NCBI GenBank assembly: GCA_021208605.1
Contig: JAJOJK010000002.1
Span: forward strand, 37,606 to 101,605
Length of the DNA stretch: 64,000 nucleotides
Direction: 5' to 3'
From: Candidatus Woesebacteria bacterium
Lineage (GTDB): Bacteria > Patescibacteriota > Microgenomatia > UBA1400 > UBA1396
Position numbers and translations under genes: made by a program
Shown: one piece after another, positions 28,755 to 38,883 of the stretch
Layout: each line of letters starts with the position of its first letter
Position numbering within the stretch: position 1 is the first letter of the stretch
The notes under the pieces: generated by a model
Seen by the model: only the letters and a program-made list of their open reading frames with translations
Databases searched by the model: none
Told to the model about the DNA's origin: nothing

Positions 28755-29329
28755 AACTCGTAAAACAGCGGTACAGTATACTCAATTTCTCGACCGACGA
28801 TGTCATCATCAGAAACGTTGTCTAGATACTTGATCATGGCGCGAATCGAGTTGCCGTGAGCAGAAACGAGTACGTTTTCGCCATTTTTCACTCGCGGCAA
28901 AATCTCTGTTTCGAGATAATTTCCAGCTCGGAATACAACGTCCTCTAAGCTTTCTCCACCAGGTGGACGAATTGAGTAGCTACGACGCCAGGTATGCACT
29001 TGTTCGGCACTATATTTACCCGCCATTTCCCGATGATACCGCGTCTGCAAATCACCATAGTGGCGCTCGTTCAAAAACGGATGCTTAATGATCTCCAGAT
29101 CAGCTTGACCAATAATTGGCAAAACAATATCCAGTGTTTCCCAAGCTCGTTTCAGCCACGAAGTGTAGGCCACAGAAAATTGAATTCCGGTTTCCTTCAG
29201 CTTCTGACCCACAATTTGAGCATCAACGGTTCCCTCTTTGGAAATGGATACATCTGTAAAGCCAGTAAATCGCTTCGGTTCCTGATTGAACTCTGTTTTT
29301 CCGTGTCGAATAAGTACAAGATGTGCCAT
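28751..29329 (-). CDS. gpmA: 2,3-bisphosphoglycerate-dependent phosphoglycerate mutase
   Basis: LIRHG, LNERHYGDL, WRRSY..PPGGESL, SAHGNSIR. Confidence 0.92.
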   Translation of the reverse strand: MAHLVLIRHGKTEFNQEPKRFTGFTDVSISKEGTVDAQIVGQKLKETGIQFSVAYTSWLKRAWETLDIVLPIIGQADLEIIKHPFLNERHYGDLQTRYHREMAGKYSAEQVHTWRRSYSIRPPGGESLEDVVFRAGNYLETEILPRVKNGENVLVSAHGNSIRAMIKYLDNVSDDDIVGREIEYTVPLFYEF

Positions 29330-29338
29330 GCTCAAAGT

Positions 29339-29620
29339 CTAGAGGTCGCTGAAGTCTTCGTCAAGGATAACCGTGTTATTCAAGTCGGCTTCTAGAGCAT
29401 CCAGGTCACTTTCTTCAGACATCTCTTGGTCAATCTGACCTTCGGAGGCTTCTGGATATTGCGTATACTCAGCTTCTTGAGCCATATCGCGTTGCATGAA
29501 TGTCTCGTACATTCCTGGCGTATTACTCGCCTTACGCGCATAGATAAATCCGGTCCCAATCACCAATCCAAAAGCGATGACGAGCGCAACGAGGTACTTG
29601 TACCACTGATTCTTGTTCAT
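29339..29620 (-). CDS. Hypothetical membrane-anchored acidic protein
   Basis: N-terminal TM, acidic tail DLDALEADL...DFSDL; ATGA-coupled to the upstream gene. Confidence 0.75.
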   Translation of the reverse strand: MNKNQWYKYLVALVIAFGLVIGTGFIYARKASNTPGMYETFMQRDMAQEAEYTQYPEASEGQIDQEMSEESDLDALEADLNNTVILDEDFSDL

Positions 29621-30306
29621 GTGTTCCTCGCTTCTAGTTGTTGCATTTTCAGTGACTGCACAATGTCTTGAAGCATGGATCTGACTTCAGCATACTGTCG
29701 ACGAGCGGTCTGAGCCATATCCCGGCCTTCCATGGCCATGCTGCGTTGCTCGGCGTAGAGATCAGGTTCAATACTCACGAACTTCATGATGGCTTCTGTG
29801 GCAGAGTCTTCAGCGTCCATAAGAAGAACTTCGGCTTCACTAAGTTGTGAACGCTCTTCGCTCACGTCAAAGCCAGCAGCTTCCATTTCATCTATCTTCA
29901 CTTCGAGACGAGAGATAATATCGGCAAGACGATCGCCATAGATACCAAAACGATACTCGAGGCGCTCGGCATGCTCTTGGGTTACTGTGTCACGTACTTG
30001 CTGGCGATTCTCCTGCGCTTCCTGTCGGCGCTCAGTAACATCTTGGCGTACTTCAGCGCGACGTTCTTGGATCTCTTGGCGTACATCCTCGACCTGTTGT
30101 TGCCGTACTTGGCGCTGTTCGGCTCCCTGATCTTGGCCTCTGCCTTGAGCCACTAATCGTGACTCCGCCGCAACTGGCGTGTGTGTTTGTGAAAATGAAC
30201 CACCCATGGTGGTCAAGACTTGCGCTTGAGCGGTTCCGATATAGGACATTACAATCAGTAATGCCAAGGAACTGGCCCAAACGGCTCGACGTGAAAGTCT
30301 GCGCAT
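29617..30306 (-). CDS. Secreted coiled-coil protein
   Basis: Signal peptide ending AQA; Q/E/R-rich helical repeats; SD AAGGAG. Confidence 0.8.
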   Translation of the reverse strand: MRRLSRRAVWASSLALLIVMSYIGTAQAQVLTTMGGSFSQTHTPVAAESRLVAQGRGQDQGAEQRQVRQQQVEDVRQEIQERRAEVRQDVTERRQEAQENRQQVRDTVTQEHAERLEYRFGIYGDRLADIISRLEVKIDEMEAAGFDVSEERSQLSEAEVLLMDAEDSATEAIMKFVSIEPDLYAEQRSMAMEGRDMAQTARRQYAEVRSMLQDIVQSLKMQQLEARNT

Positions 30307-30339
30307 AACGCACTCCTTACCCTTTTTTTGAGCACCTTC

Positions 30340-30368
30340 ATCATACGGTTTTTCTCACCGCAGTGCAA
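30340..30368 (-). promoter_or_regulatory. Sigma70 promoter
   Basis: TTGCAC-17 nt-TATGAT upstream of the coiled-coil gene. Confidence 0.65.
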
Positions 30369-30392
30369 GTGAAATAGAAAATAAAAAAATGC

Positions 30393-31673
30393 TTATTTAA
30401 CGGAGTTTTTAATCTCACTCTCGATGTGGAGCAAACGGTTATACTTGCTCACTCGCTCACCTCTGGTCGGACCAACTTTAATGAATCGACTTCCCACGGC
30501 AACGGCTACATCTACCATCGCCGTATCGTTCGTTTCGCCGCCGCCGCGATGCGAAGTAGTCGTCATCATGCCGTGCTGCTTGGCCAACATGCAGGTGGCG
30601 ATCGTTTCGGATACAGATCCAATTTGGTTGAGTTTAATGAGAATGGCAGAAATAGCCTGTTCGTCTATGGCGCGTTGAAGGCGTTCGGTATTCGTAACGG
30701 TAAGATCATCACCGATTAACGGGACATTGAATTTCTTCGTGAGCGGTAAAAATTCGCTCCAAGCCGTCCAGTCATCCTCGTGGAACATGTCTTCCAGCGT
30801 AGCAATTGGGTATTTTTCGAGCCACGTTTGGTAATACGCCATGAGTTCATTTGCGGTCAACTTTCTGTTCTCAACAGCTAAGTGATAGAGGCCATCGGCA
30901 TAGAACTCGCTCGCAGCTGCGTCGATAGAAATACCAATTTCTTTGCCTGGTTGGTAGCCGGCCTGTTCGATGGCGGCGACTAAATATCCAAACGGAGCTT
31001 CATTTGTTGCAATGCCATTGGGAGCAAATGCTCCTTCGTTACCGACATTCGTAGAAAGGCCTTCTTTTTGCAAAATCTTCTTCAACTGATGGTATGACTC
31101 CAGCACTTTTCGTACTGATTCTGATGGAGCAACAGATTGCGTGCTCGACAAACAGTACTCCTGCAAGTCGGTCGTGTTATCGGCGTGTTTTCCGCCTTCA
31201 ATAGCCACCACCATGGGTTGTGGCAACTGATCGGGTGATTCGAGGTCTAAGCCAGTCTGAAATTGGTCTGCTAAGTATCGATACAGTGGCTGTCCAACTT
31301 CTTTCGCCGCGGCCCGTGCCACAGCTACCGAAACGGCCAATACCGCATTTCCACCCAGCGTAGCCTTATTGGAAGTACCATCCAGATCCAGCATCTGCTG
31401 ATCGATCGATTTTTGGTCGAGAGGATTCTGGCCAACAAGTTCAGGAGCAATTGTGTTTTCAATAGTCTGGACTACCGATTGCATGCCCTTCCCTAAATAA
31501 CGATCACCCCCATCGGTCAACACAGTGGCTTCGTGAGAACCAGCCGAGGCACCATACGGCACCGAAGCACGTGCAACTAGTCCAGAAGACAACTCAACTT
31601 CCGCTTCCACAGTGGGATATCCACCAGAAGCAAGAATCTCGAGAGCTGAAATACGTTTAATGGTAGTAGACAC
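30393..31673 (-). CDS. eno: Enolase (divergent)
   Basis: PTVEAEV, GGKHADN, QEY, DAAASEFY, IGDDLTVTN, ILIKLNQIG, SHR, KYNRL; GTG start with SD AAAGGAGG. Confidence 0.9.
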   Translation of the reverse strand: MSTTIKRISALEILASGGYPTVEAEVELSSGLVARASVPYGASAGSHEATVLTDGGDRYLGKGMQSVVQTIENTIAPELVGQNPLDQKSIDQQMLDLDGTSNKATLGGNAVLAVSVAVARAAAKEVGQPLYRYLADQFQTGLDLESPDQLPQPMVVAIEGGKHADNTTDLQEYCLSSTQSVAPSESVRKVLESYHQLKKILQKEGLSTNVGNEGAFAPNGIATNEAPFGYLVAAIEQAGYQPGKEIGISIDAAASEFYADGLYHLAVENRKLTANELMAYYQTWLEKYPIATLEDMFHEDDWTAWSEFLPLTKKFNVPLIGDDLTVTNTERLQRAIDEQAISAILIKLNQIGSVSETIATCMLAKQHGMMTTTSHRGGGETNDTAMVDVAVAVGSRFIKVGPTRGERVSKYNRLLHIESEIKNSVK

Positions 31674-31703
31674 AACGACCTCCTTTGTTGCAGTACTGAG
31701 TAC

Positions 31704-32177
31704 TTACTCTGCTTTACTGACTTCGAGCAACTCAACTTCAAAAACAAGTGGAGCACTTGGCGGAATTGCACCCGGAACACCACGCTCGCCATAGGCCATG
31801 TCAGATGGAATGGTCAGTTTACGAGTGCCGCCTTCTTGCATTCCGGCTACACCTTCGTCCCAACCTTGAATCACTTGGCCGCCACCGAGTTCAAATGTAA
31901 ATGGTGTATTGCGATTGTGGGAAGAATCAAAGACAGTGCCGTCCATGAGCGTGCCGGTGTAGTGCACCGTCACCATGTCGCCCGCTTCAGCGGTTTGGCC
32001 TTCACCGACGGTGATGTCTTCGGTGATGAGTTCTTTTACTTCAGGTTGCGTGTTATCGTTCATGGATGTGTCTCCAGTGTTTTGTGTTGGTGCAGTGTCC
32101 GATGTCGTGACGGTACAACCAGCAAACAGCAGGCCGCTGACCACCACGCTACCGAGCAGAAAGGAAAAGCGTTTCAT
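31704..32177 (-). CDS. FKBP-type peptidyl-prolyl isomerase, lipoprotein
   Basis: Lipobox FAGC; [31 protein letters not shown]. Confidence 0.95.
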   Translation of the reverse strand: MKRFSFLLGSVVVSGLLFAGCTVTTSDTAPTQNTGDTSMNDNTQPEVKELITEDITVGEGQTAEAGDMVTVHYTGTLMDGTVFDSSHNRNTPFTFELGGGQVIQGWDEGVAGMQEGGTRKLTIPSDMAYGERGVPGAIPPSAPLVFEVELLEVSKAE

Positions 32178-32214
32178 TGGTGCACTGTAGCATAGCTTCC
32201 TGCCGGAGGGAAGC

Positions 32215-33396
32215 TTATTTTGGGAAGTAGGTTTTGTTTTTTAGCGTGTCAGGCAGAAGACTCTCATTTTTGTCTGGATAGGCTTCATACCCTTCACCAT
32301 AACCGAGCTCTTTCATGAGTTTCGTGGGAGCATTGCGAAGATTCTTGGGAATAGGCAAATTGCCGGTTTTTTCAACGTCACGCAAGGCGGCAAAATAGGC
32401 ATCGTAAGCGGTTCGATCTTTCTTGGCTTTGGCTAAATACGCTGCACCGTGGGCTAAGTTGATTTGGGCCTCTGGATATCCAGTTTTATGAACTGCATCA
32501 AACACGGCGTTCGCGACCACCAATGCAGTTGGTTGGGCAAGTCCGACATCTTCGGAAGCAAAAATAACCATCCGCCGCGCAATAAATTTCGGATCTTCCC
32601 CGCCATGGACCAAACGAGCCAAGTAATACAGTGCGGCATCGACATTGCTGGCGCGCATGCTTTTGATAAAGGCGCTAATGGTGTCATAATGCTGTTCGCC
32701 GCTTTTATCGTAACGCGTTAAGTGGTGGCCAATACTTTCGAGTTGTTGTTTCGTTACTTCACCATAGGTTTGCCAGGCGTGGTCAAGTAAAGTCAGCAGT
32801 TGCCGGGCATCACCATTGGCTTGACGAATAGCTTCATGGATGACGTTGGTATCCGTTTCTTTGGCACCGAGACTCTGCAGGGCTTTGCGCGCTAAGTTTT
32901 CTAAGTCTTCTAGGGAAAGTTCTTCCAAAACGTATACCCGCATACGGGAAAGGAGTGGCGAAATTACTTCAAAAGATGGATTTTCTGTTGTTGCACCGAT
33001 CAAAATAATAGTGCCGTCTTCAACATATGGCAACAAAAAATCTTGCTGTGCTTTCGTGAAACGATGAATTTCATCGAGGAACAAAACCGGCGTACGATGT
33101 GATTGCGTGAGCATTTTCTGCGGGGCTTTGGAGTCTTCAATAACTTTCCGGACATCCGCTTTAGAAGCCGAAACCGCAGACAACTCAATAAATGGCCGAT
33201 TACTCGCTTTGGCCAGAATTCGAGCCAGGGTTGTTTTCCCGACACCAGGCGGTCCCCAGAAAATCATTGAGTAGACGTCTTCCTGCTCGACTAACCGCCG
33301 AAGCGGCTTGCCCGTGCCAATAAGATGCGCCTGACCAACCACCTCGTCCAGAGTAGTCGGTCGCAATAAGTGAGCAAGCGGAGATGAATTTGGCAT
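32215..33396 (-). CDS. rarA: Replication-associated recombination protein A
   Basis: [48 protein letters not shown]. Confidence 0.95.
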   Translation of the reverse strand: MPNSSPLAHLLRPTTLDEVVGQAHLIGTGKPLRRLVEQEDVYSMIFWGPPGVGKTTLARILAKASNRPFIELSAVSASKADVRKVIEDSKAPQKMLTQSHRTPVLFLDEIHRFTKAQQDFLLPYVEDGTIILIGATTENPSFEVISPLLSRMRVYVLEELSLEDLENLARKALQSLGAKETDTNVIHEAIRQANGDARQLLTLLDHAWQTYGEVTKQQLESIGHHLTRYDKSGEQHYDTISAFIKSMRASNVDAALYYLARLVHGGEDPKFIARRMVIFASEDVGLAQPTALVVANAVFDAVHKTGYPEAQINLAHGAAYLAKAKKDRTAYDAYFAALRDVEKTGNLPIPKNLRNAPTKLMKELGYGEGYEAYPDKNESLLPDTLKNKTYFPK

Positions 33397-33402
33397 ATTC
33401 CC

Positions 33403-33424
33403 ATTGTACAACGCGTGGTACAAT
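33403..33424. promoter_or_regulatory. Palindromic divergent promoter pair (rarA / tRNA-Lys)
   Basis: ATTGTAC-A-ACGCGT-G-GTACAAT; each half supplies a TACAAT -10 facing outward. Confidence 0.6.
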
Positions 33425-33464
33425 ACGCTGTACTTCTCGTTAAAAGCACATGAAGTATCTGGTT

Positions 33465-33540
33465 GGGCCCGTAGCTCAGGGGTTAGAGCGACAGCCTTTT
33501 AAGCTGTGCGTCGAAGGTTCAAATCCTTCCGGGCTCACCA
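33465..33540 (+). tRNA. tRNA-Lys (TTT), CCA encoded
   Basis: Acceptor GGGCCCG/CGGGCTC, anticodon arm ACAGC-CTTTTAA-GCTGT, T-arm GAAGG-TTCAAAT-CCTTC, ends ACCA. Confidence 0.96.
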
Positions 33541-33544
33541 ACAT

Positions 33545-34954
33545 ATGGCTTTACTTGAGAAAATCAGTAGATTACCAGGATTCAGAAGCCTCCTCCCTAA
33601 AAGAGTGGGAGATTTTTCAAGATTTAGACACATTGAGCCAGACGAAGATATTACTCGCCCTCCCAAAACTCCACCGCGGGAAGAACACATTTCTCCAGTT
33701 GTTCTAAATGAACGAAATAATAGAACATTTAAAAAAGGAATTGCCCTCTGTAAACCAGAAATACAACAAGCAATTCAGACTGCAAACGTAAACATAGAAT
33801 GGAAGACAGATTTTATTCGTCTGTTTTCGCGACTCGAAAGACTTCCACATTTACAGGTAATGCAGCTACGGCCAATTTCACTAAACCTTACAGACAATGA
33901 ATTACTAACCGCAAGTCCGTTTGCTCAACAACCACAATCGGTGATTTTTGACCCCGAGATTCGTTTCCATGGGACAAGCGCTCAAGTTTTTCCTGGTATG
34001 TCCTTAACTCTGGGAAAGGTGGCCGCCAAAATCCCCAAAGTACAAGAAAAAACAGATAAACCATACTTGAATGGATCTAGCCAACTCAATTTTGCTGCAG
34101 AAGCTTTTGCCCTGGCCGGAGAACAAACTCTAGGAACACCCGGCTTGTCCAAGTTTTATTTCCTTGGCACCCAACCATCTGGTGAAACAGTTTTTCTCAT
34201 GGAATACCATGACCCAAATAGTGAGTTTTCACTCGCCGATTTAATTCCACCTCCCGATGGCTTCAGTGCAGAAGAGATTCAAGTAATATTGGCCGCTCGC
34301 CAACCAGCAGTGTTGTCGAAACTTGTACAAAATATTTGTCTTACTTTGTCGAGTTTTCATTCGCCGCAGCGTCGACGTATAACTGCCTCTATAGATCCAT
34401 TTGACTCTTCTTTAACTATCCAAGATCGACCTTCACCAAATGCGTCCAAAGAAGAACTTCAACAACTCATCCATAGAGATTTAAAACCAGACAATATTCT
34501 AGGTAATCTATCTGGTAAAAGTACCATTTTAGACTTAGGATTCGCCAGTACAGTGCTCGAAACAACCTCTGACCAACAAGTAGGCACGCCAAAATACTCT
34601 TCTCGTGGCGAAGGTGCAGCATATGACATAAACAGTCTAGCCCTCCTTGTTCACGAAATCATTACCCGTGTCAATTATTGGCAAACTGCAATAGTTCCAG
34701 ACTATCTTCAGGCAATGGGCCTCACTGGAGCAGATCTCATTCAAGCATTGGCCTCCCTTCCGGAGATTCAGGGTAACTTGGCCATAGATAAAATTACTGC
34801 CTATTGCCAAACACACCGTATTCCATCACAACCACTTATTTCTTTTTTTGAGAGAGCCTTGCCAGGTCATGGGCCAGGATATACAGACGCTCAAGAATTT
34901 GCCGGTGACTTTGCGCAAGCTATGGGACAAAAACCTTCGAATCGTGTTCGCTAA
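33545..34954 (+). CDS. Hanks-type protein kinase-like orphan
   Basis: VAAKIP (Lys), AAEA (Glu), FLMEY, IHRDLKPDNIL, LDLGFA, GTPKY, DINSLA. Confidence 0.82.
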   Translation: MALLEKISRLPGFRSLLPKRVGDFSRFRHIEPDEDITRPPKTPPREEHISPVVLNERNNRTFKKGIALCKPEIQQAIQTANVNIEWKTDFIRLFSRLERLPHLQVMQLRPISLNLTDNELLTASPFAQQPQSVIFDPEIRFHGTSAQVFPGMSLTLGKVAAKIPKVQEKTDKPYLNGSSQLNFAAEAFALAGEQTLGTPGLSKFYFLGTQPSGETVFLMEYHDPNSEFSLADLIPPPDGFSAEEIQVILAARQPAVLSKLVQNICLTLSSFHSPQRRRITASIDPFDSSLTIQDRPSPNASKEELQQLIHRDLKPDNILGNLSGKSTILDLGFASTVLETTSDQQVGTPKYSSRGEGAAYDINSLALLVHEIITRVNYWQTAIVPDYLQAMGLTGADLIQALASLPEIQGNLAIDKITAYCQTHRIPSQPLISFFERALPGHGPGYTDAQEFAGDFAQAMGQKPSNRVR

Positions 34955-36131
34955 CAATGAAAATACTCGCCAGCACAATCCACGGATAAAAAATCACTGG
35001 TGCTCCCATCCCTGCTACGGCTAATACGCACCAATAGGGCCACTGCCTTCGGGATGAGTTTTTCCATAGAAAAAAAAGTGTGCCCAACAAAATACCAGCA
35101 CCCACTCCCCCACTCGTCAAAACGATTTGCAGGTATTGATTATCGACCATGCGGGCGTTGTTTGCTTTGTTCAGTTCTGGGTGCTCTCCGTATTGTTTTT
35201 GGAATGCTGCGTTCCGCTTCTCAGCAAAGGCTTCTAGATTCCATCCGCGTCCCAAAAGCATTTCTGTTACCTGCCAGTCATGGGTTTGGTAGGCAGTATG
35301 CTCCACCCGTTGTGTAATACTCTGGGTGCGTAGGAGGTTTTGTCCGGCTCCTCCACCGTCTTTTGGCAAGAGTACTAACGCAACCACAAGTATAGGGATA
35401 GCTAAAAGAACGCGTCGTTGTTTCTGAGCCAAGGCCAACGCTCCGATTCCGGCCACATACCCAACATACGCTAATCGAGAAAAACTGAGTGACATGGCAA
35501 TCAGGGCTACCGCGAAAAGTATGGCGTATACAAGTTGCTGTTTCCTCTTTACCCGTACACCAAGTTGGAAAAACCAAACACTCGCCAAAGACATCAAAAC
35601 ACCATAAAACGTCGGCTCAAAGAGCGTTGCGAATGCTCGACTGAGGTGATCATCCCATCCCAGAGTCGCAAGGATTCTTGTGTCGGGGAGGAAAAGATAC
35701 TGCCCGATTCCTAAGGCAGCCCAAGCAGTAAACCAGACAGATAGCAAGCGGGTGATCGAATGAACACGCCATCGAGATGTTTTCCAAACAGATACACTCG
35801 CCGCAAATGTCAGAAACAACGCAATCCGCAAAAGATATGCCAAGGACTGCCAATCGCTACTCACATTCAGGGGCCACATATAAAAGAGTGAAAGAGCCAG
35901 CGTCCACAGCCACCATAAACTCACGCCCCACCATATTTTTGAAGAGAAAAGTGTTTCCCAAAATGTCTTTCTCTTGGCCATGAAAAGTATGAAAACAGCC
36001 ATTCCAATTTCAAAAAGACTAATTTGTCCCAATGTTGTTGTAATCCGACCAAACTGTCCAAGCAAACTCAGCACGCCAATGGCGCCGAGTAAAAAATCTG
36101 GCCAGAGAATCTTATGCGTACCAAGCTTCAT
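34920..36131 (-). CDS. O-antigen ligase/polymerase (Wzy_C) family membrane protein
   Basis: Multi-TM; RAFATLFEP, SFSR, LLGRG, DNQYL..GGVG pattern. Confidence 0.75.
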   Translation of the reverse strand: MKLGTHKILWPDFLLGAIGVLSLLGQFGRITTTLGQISLFEIGMAVFILFMAKRKTFWETLFSSKIWWGVSLWWLWTLALSLFYMWPLNVSSDWQSLAYLLRIALFLTFAASVSVWKTSRWRVHSITRLLSVWFTAWAALGIGQYLFLPDTRILATLGWDDHLSRAFATLFEPTFYGVLMSLASVWFFQLGVRVKRKQQLVYAILFAVALIAMSLSFSRLAYVGYVAGIGALALAQKQRRVLLAIPILVVALVLLPKDGGGAGQNLLRTQSITQRVEHTAYQTHDWQVTEMLLGRGWNLEAFAEKRNAAFQKQYGEHPELNKANNARMVDNQYLQIVLTSGGVGAGILLGTLFFLWKNSSRRQWPYWCVLAVAGMGAPVIFYPWIVLASIFIVSEHDSKVFVP

Positions 36132-36891
36132 AGAGATAGACCCGCGTTATCAGTGAGTAGTAGGACATCAGGAGTGCATGCACCAGACCAGGAAAACCAT
36201 CCAGCGCTCCACGCCGCCAAAAATAATTTTGGAAAAACTTGGCCACCGGATATGTTAAAAGCTGTGTAATCAGGGTCAGTTTTGTCGTGCGATGCCGCGC
36301 TTTTGCCTCGAGCGAAGCGTACCACTGCAGTTTCTGCAAAAACTCTGTCACGGTCGGGTGCGGCGTGTGCAAGAGCGCGTGTTTGGTTGTGAGAACGCGT
36401 TCGGTGGGAATTTCCCAGACTTCGTGGACCGCGCGTTGCCACTTCCCCTGAGCAATATACGTGCGTGCGAGCCGCAGCACCGTTGTGTGACCGGTTTCTC
36501 CGTATCGTAACTGGTGCCCCAAAAAGATATCTCGCCGCGGAAAAAGCACCGCATCAAGTTCTTTTTCCTGCAAAGCGGTTGTAATCTCTTGCCACACCTC
36601 TGGCCCGGCATACTCATCGGCATCCAAAAAGAAAGTCCATTCAGTTTCGACTTGATCGAGAGCGTCATTGCGATGGCTGGCAAAATTTCCTTGCAGAGGG
36701 TTTTTCTCTACGCGCACCTTTTGGGAGAACTGCTGCAAATCAACTAAGGTAGTTTCATCTCCAGTGCCATCATCCCAGACCAAAATGTGCGCAACTCGCG
36801 GAGCGTATTCTTGCACTCTATCTGGTACCGGCTCCTCTCCAGCCTTACTGAGCAGCACGAGAGTGAGTGGTAATTGTGTTATTTTTCCCAT
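36112..36891 (-). CDS. Glycosyltransferase family 2 (WaaE/KdtX-like)
   Basis: FASHRN, FFLDADE, VHE, GALDGFPG. Confidence 0.88.
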   Translation of the reverse strand: MGKITQLPLTLVLLSKAGEEPVPDRVQEYAPRVAHILVWDDGTGDETTLVDLQQFSQKVRVEKNPLQGNFASHRNDALDQVETEWTFFLDADEYAGPEVWQEITTALQEKELDAVLFPRRDIFLGHQLRYGETGHTTVLRLARTYIAQGKWQRAVHEVWEIPTERVLTTKHALLHTPHPTVTEFLQKLQWYASLEAKARHRTTKLTLITQLLTYPVAKFFQNYFWRRGALDGFPGLVHALLMSYYSLITRVYLYEAWYA

Positions 36892-37634
36892 AAACGTATC
36901 CAAAAATTTGCTATTGCACCGGAAAATCCATAGTGCTTTTGTAACCAGTAGCGGCGTGAGGCGCGAAAATGATGCGCTACACTTGGCAGCTGCTTCGTGG
37001 AGTGTTGCCCAAAATGGACTACTGATGCGGTTGCTAAAAAATAGACTTCTTTATCGAGCTGAGAACGTACTCGCTGTGCCAGGTCAAACTCTTCAAAGTA
37101 CAAAAACATGTTTTCGTCACAGCCACCAATGGCTAAGAATTCTTCGCGTCGCATCATAAAACACGAGCCACTCACGCTTGGCACTGGCCGCGAAGATCGA
37201 TGATCAAATCCCCACAAGCGATAGTGTTCTCTATATGATCCAAACGCCGACAGATTCCCAAGCCAAGAATACACAATGGCCGCTTCCAAAGCCGTGGGCA
37301 CGGTACTTGAAGTAATCTGAACAGCGCCTGTTTCATCAAGTATTTGCGGGCCAATTAAACCGATTTGCGGATGAGCTCCTAAGAATTCATAGAGTGCATC
37401 AATGGCGTCTGTGGTCACGTAGACATCTGGATTCACAAAGAGTACTCCTTCACCGTGGGCTTGTTCCGCGCCGCGATTACACCCCTCTCCGAATCCGGCC
37501 TGGCCATCGGAATTATCAATCACTATGCACTCGATATGATCTGCCGATTTCAAGCTCTGTTGAATTTTTTGCACGAGCTTGTCGGCGCGATAATTGACAA
37601 TCACCACCGAAATAAGGATTCGCTTACCGCGCAT
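36879..37634 (-). CDS. Glycosyltransferase family 2 (WbbL-like)
   Basis: VVIVNY, GFGEGCN, FVNPD, VSGSC, FLYFEEFDL. Confidence 0.88.
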   Translation of the reverse strand: MRGKRILISVVIVNYRADKLVQKIQQSLKSADHIECIVIDNSDGQAGFGEGCNRGAEQAHGEGVLFVNPDVYVTTDAIDALYEFLGAHPQIGLIGPQILDETGAVQITSSTVPTALEAAIVYSWLGNLSAFGSYREHYRLWGFDHRSSRPVPSVSGSCFMMRREEFLAIGGCDENMFLYFEEFDLAQRVRSQLDKEVYFLATASVVHFGQHSTKQLPSVAHHFRASRRYWLQKHYGFSGAIANFWIRLWEK

Positions 37635-38883
37635 GTGAGATCCTTCTAAGCGCTTGCCGCAGTACGAACCAGGCATATGGATGAACCACTACAAAGGCAA
37701 AGAACACCGCCCAGCTAGCACCTGGCAATCCGTAGCGCGGCGCTAAGAAAACAATTCCAAGAATCAAAACAAACATCATAATGATGTTCATCACAAAATG
37801 GTGCTGCAAATTGTTCGCCAAAATTGAAAGTGGATTCCAGCTAGTAATAAACGCTTTTGCGACACCTGCGAGGAACAAAATTCGTACGATTGGTGTGACA
37901 ACGAGCCATTCTTCGCCAAGTACAAAATAGACTAACGGTTGCGTGAAGAACAGAAATGGCACCGCTGCGAAAAGAAAAACAACCGTAAGCGCCACGACAG
38001 AAAACTGCCAAGTCTTGGTGATACTCTTTTTCCGTTCAACTTTTTGTGCGTACATTGGGTACAGCGTCTGACCCACTATCGAACCGAAATCCATTGTGGC
38101 AGCACTTGCCAGTTTGTATGCGGTTTGATAAAAACCGAGAGCAGTAAATCCAAGGTACTTTCCAATAAGAAAGTCGTCAATATTTTCAGTCAAGTAATGC
38201 ACAATACTGGTGCCGATAATGTACTTCGACTCTTGAAACAACGAAACGACTCGACTCCATTGCGCCTTGAGAAGATTTGGTCGTTCCGGAAAGAGCGAAA
38301 AGGAAAGAATCACTTCCGCAACAACAGCAGCTGCGATTCCCAACAACAATCCGATACCATTTTGGAGCCAAATCGCCAAAACACCTCCCAGTACTAAGTC
38401 GATCACCTGAACACCTATGCGCAGTGCAGACTCGCGCTCAAACTGCAGTCGTTGCTGAAACTGCACAATGGCGGGATTGATAAAACCCCGCAGAAAAGGA
38501 ATAATCGCGGCAATAGATAAGTAATAGGTCAAACTCGGCTGGTCATAAAATTGTGCCAACAATGGAGCACACAAAAGAATACCGAGACTAATCAGAGTGC
38601 CGCGAAACAGTGAGACTACCCAAGCGGTGTCATAGTACCAGGCAAATTTTTTGGGCTGCTTGAGCAATACAACATTAATGCCAGTTTCCGTAAAGACTTC
38701 GGTTACGGAAATAACGAGTACCGACAATCCAAACAAACCAAGCTGTTCGGGACCCAGAATGCGAGCAATGATCGCTAAACGCACCAGTGTCAGAAACTTC
38801 GTGAAATACTTCATGAATGAAATTGCCGAGATCCCACGGACCGCAACAGATGAATGAGCGCGATGGAACAGTGTTTTAAGCAT
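37624..38883 (-). CDS. Wzx-type polysaccharide flippase
   Basis: ARILGPEQLG, DDFLIGKYLG..LGFY..AY, PRYGLPGA; many TMs. Confidence 0.88.
   Translation of the reverse strand: MLKTLFHRAHSSVAVRGISAISFMKYFTKFLTLVRLAIIARILGPEQLGLFGLSVLVISVTEVFTETGINVVLLKQPKKFAWYYDTAWVVSLFRGTLISLGILLCAPLLAQFYDQPSLTYYLSIAAIIPFLRGFINPAIVQFQQRLQFERESALRIGVQVIDLVLGGVLAIWLQNGIGLLLGIAAAVVAEVILSFSLFPERPNLLKAQWSRVVSLFQESKYIIGTSIVHYLTENIDDFLIGKYLGFTALGFYQTAYKLASAATMDFGSIVGQTLYPMYAQKVERKKSITKTWQFSVVALTVVFLFAAVPFLFFTQPLVYFVLGEEWLVVTPIVRILFLAGVAKAFITSWNPLSILANNLQHHFVMNIIMMFVLILGIVFLAPRYGLPGASWAVFFAFVVVHPYAWFVLRQALRRISHAR

Noticed and set aside
32194-32215. Hairpin AGCTTCC/GGAAGCT as the rarA terminator
   Set aside because: There is no U-tract on the rarA strand and it overlaps the FKBP promoter spacer; function unsupported.
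33450-33544. ORF-track starts at 33450 and 33506
   Set aside because: They run through tRNA-Lys; the kinase more plausibly starts at ATG 33545.
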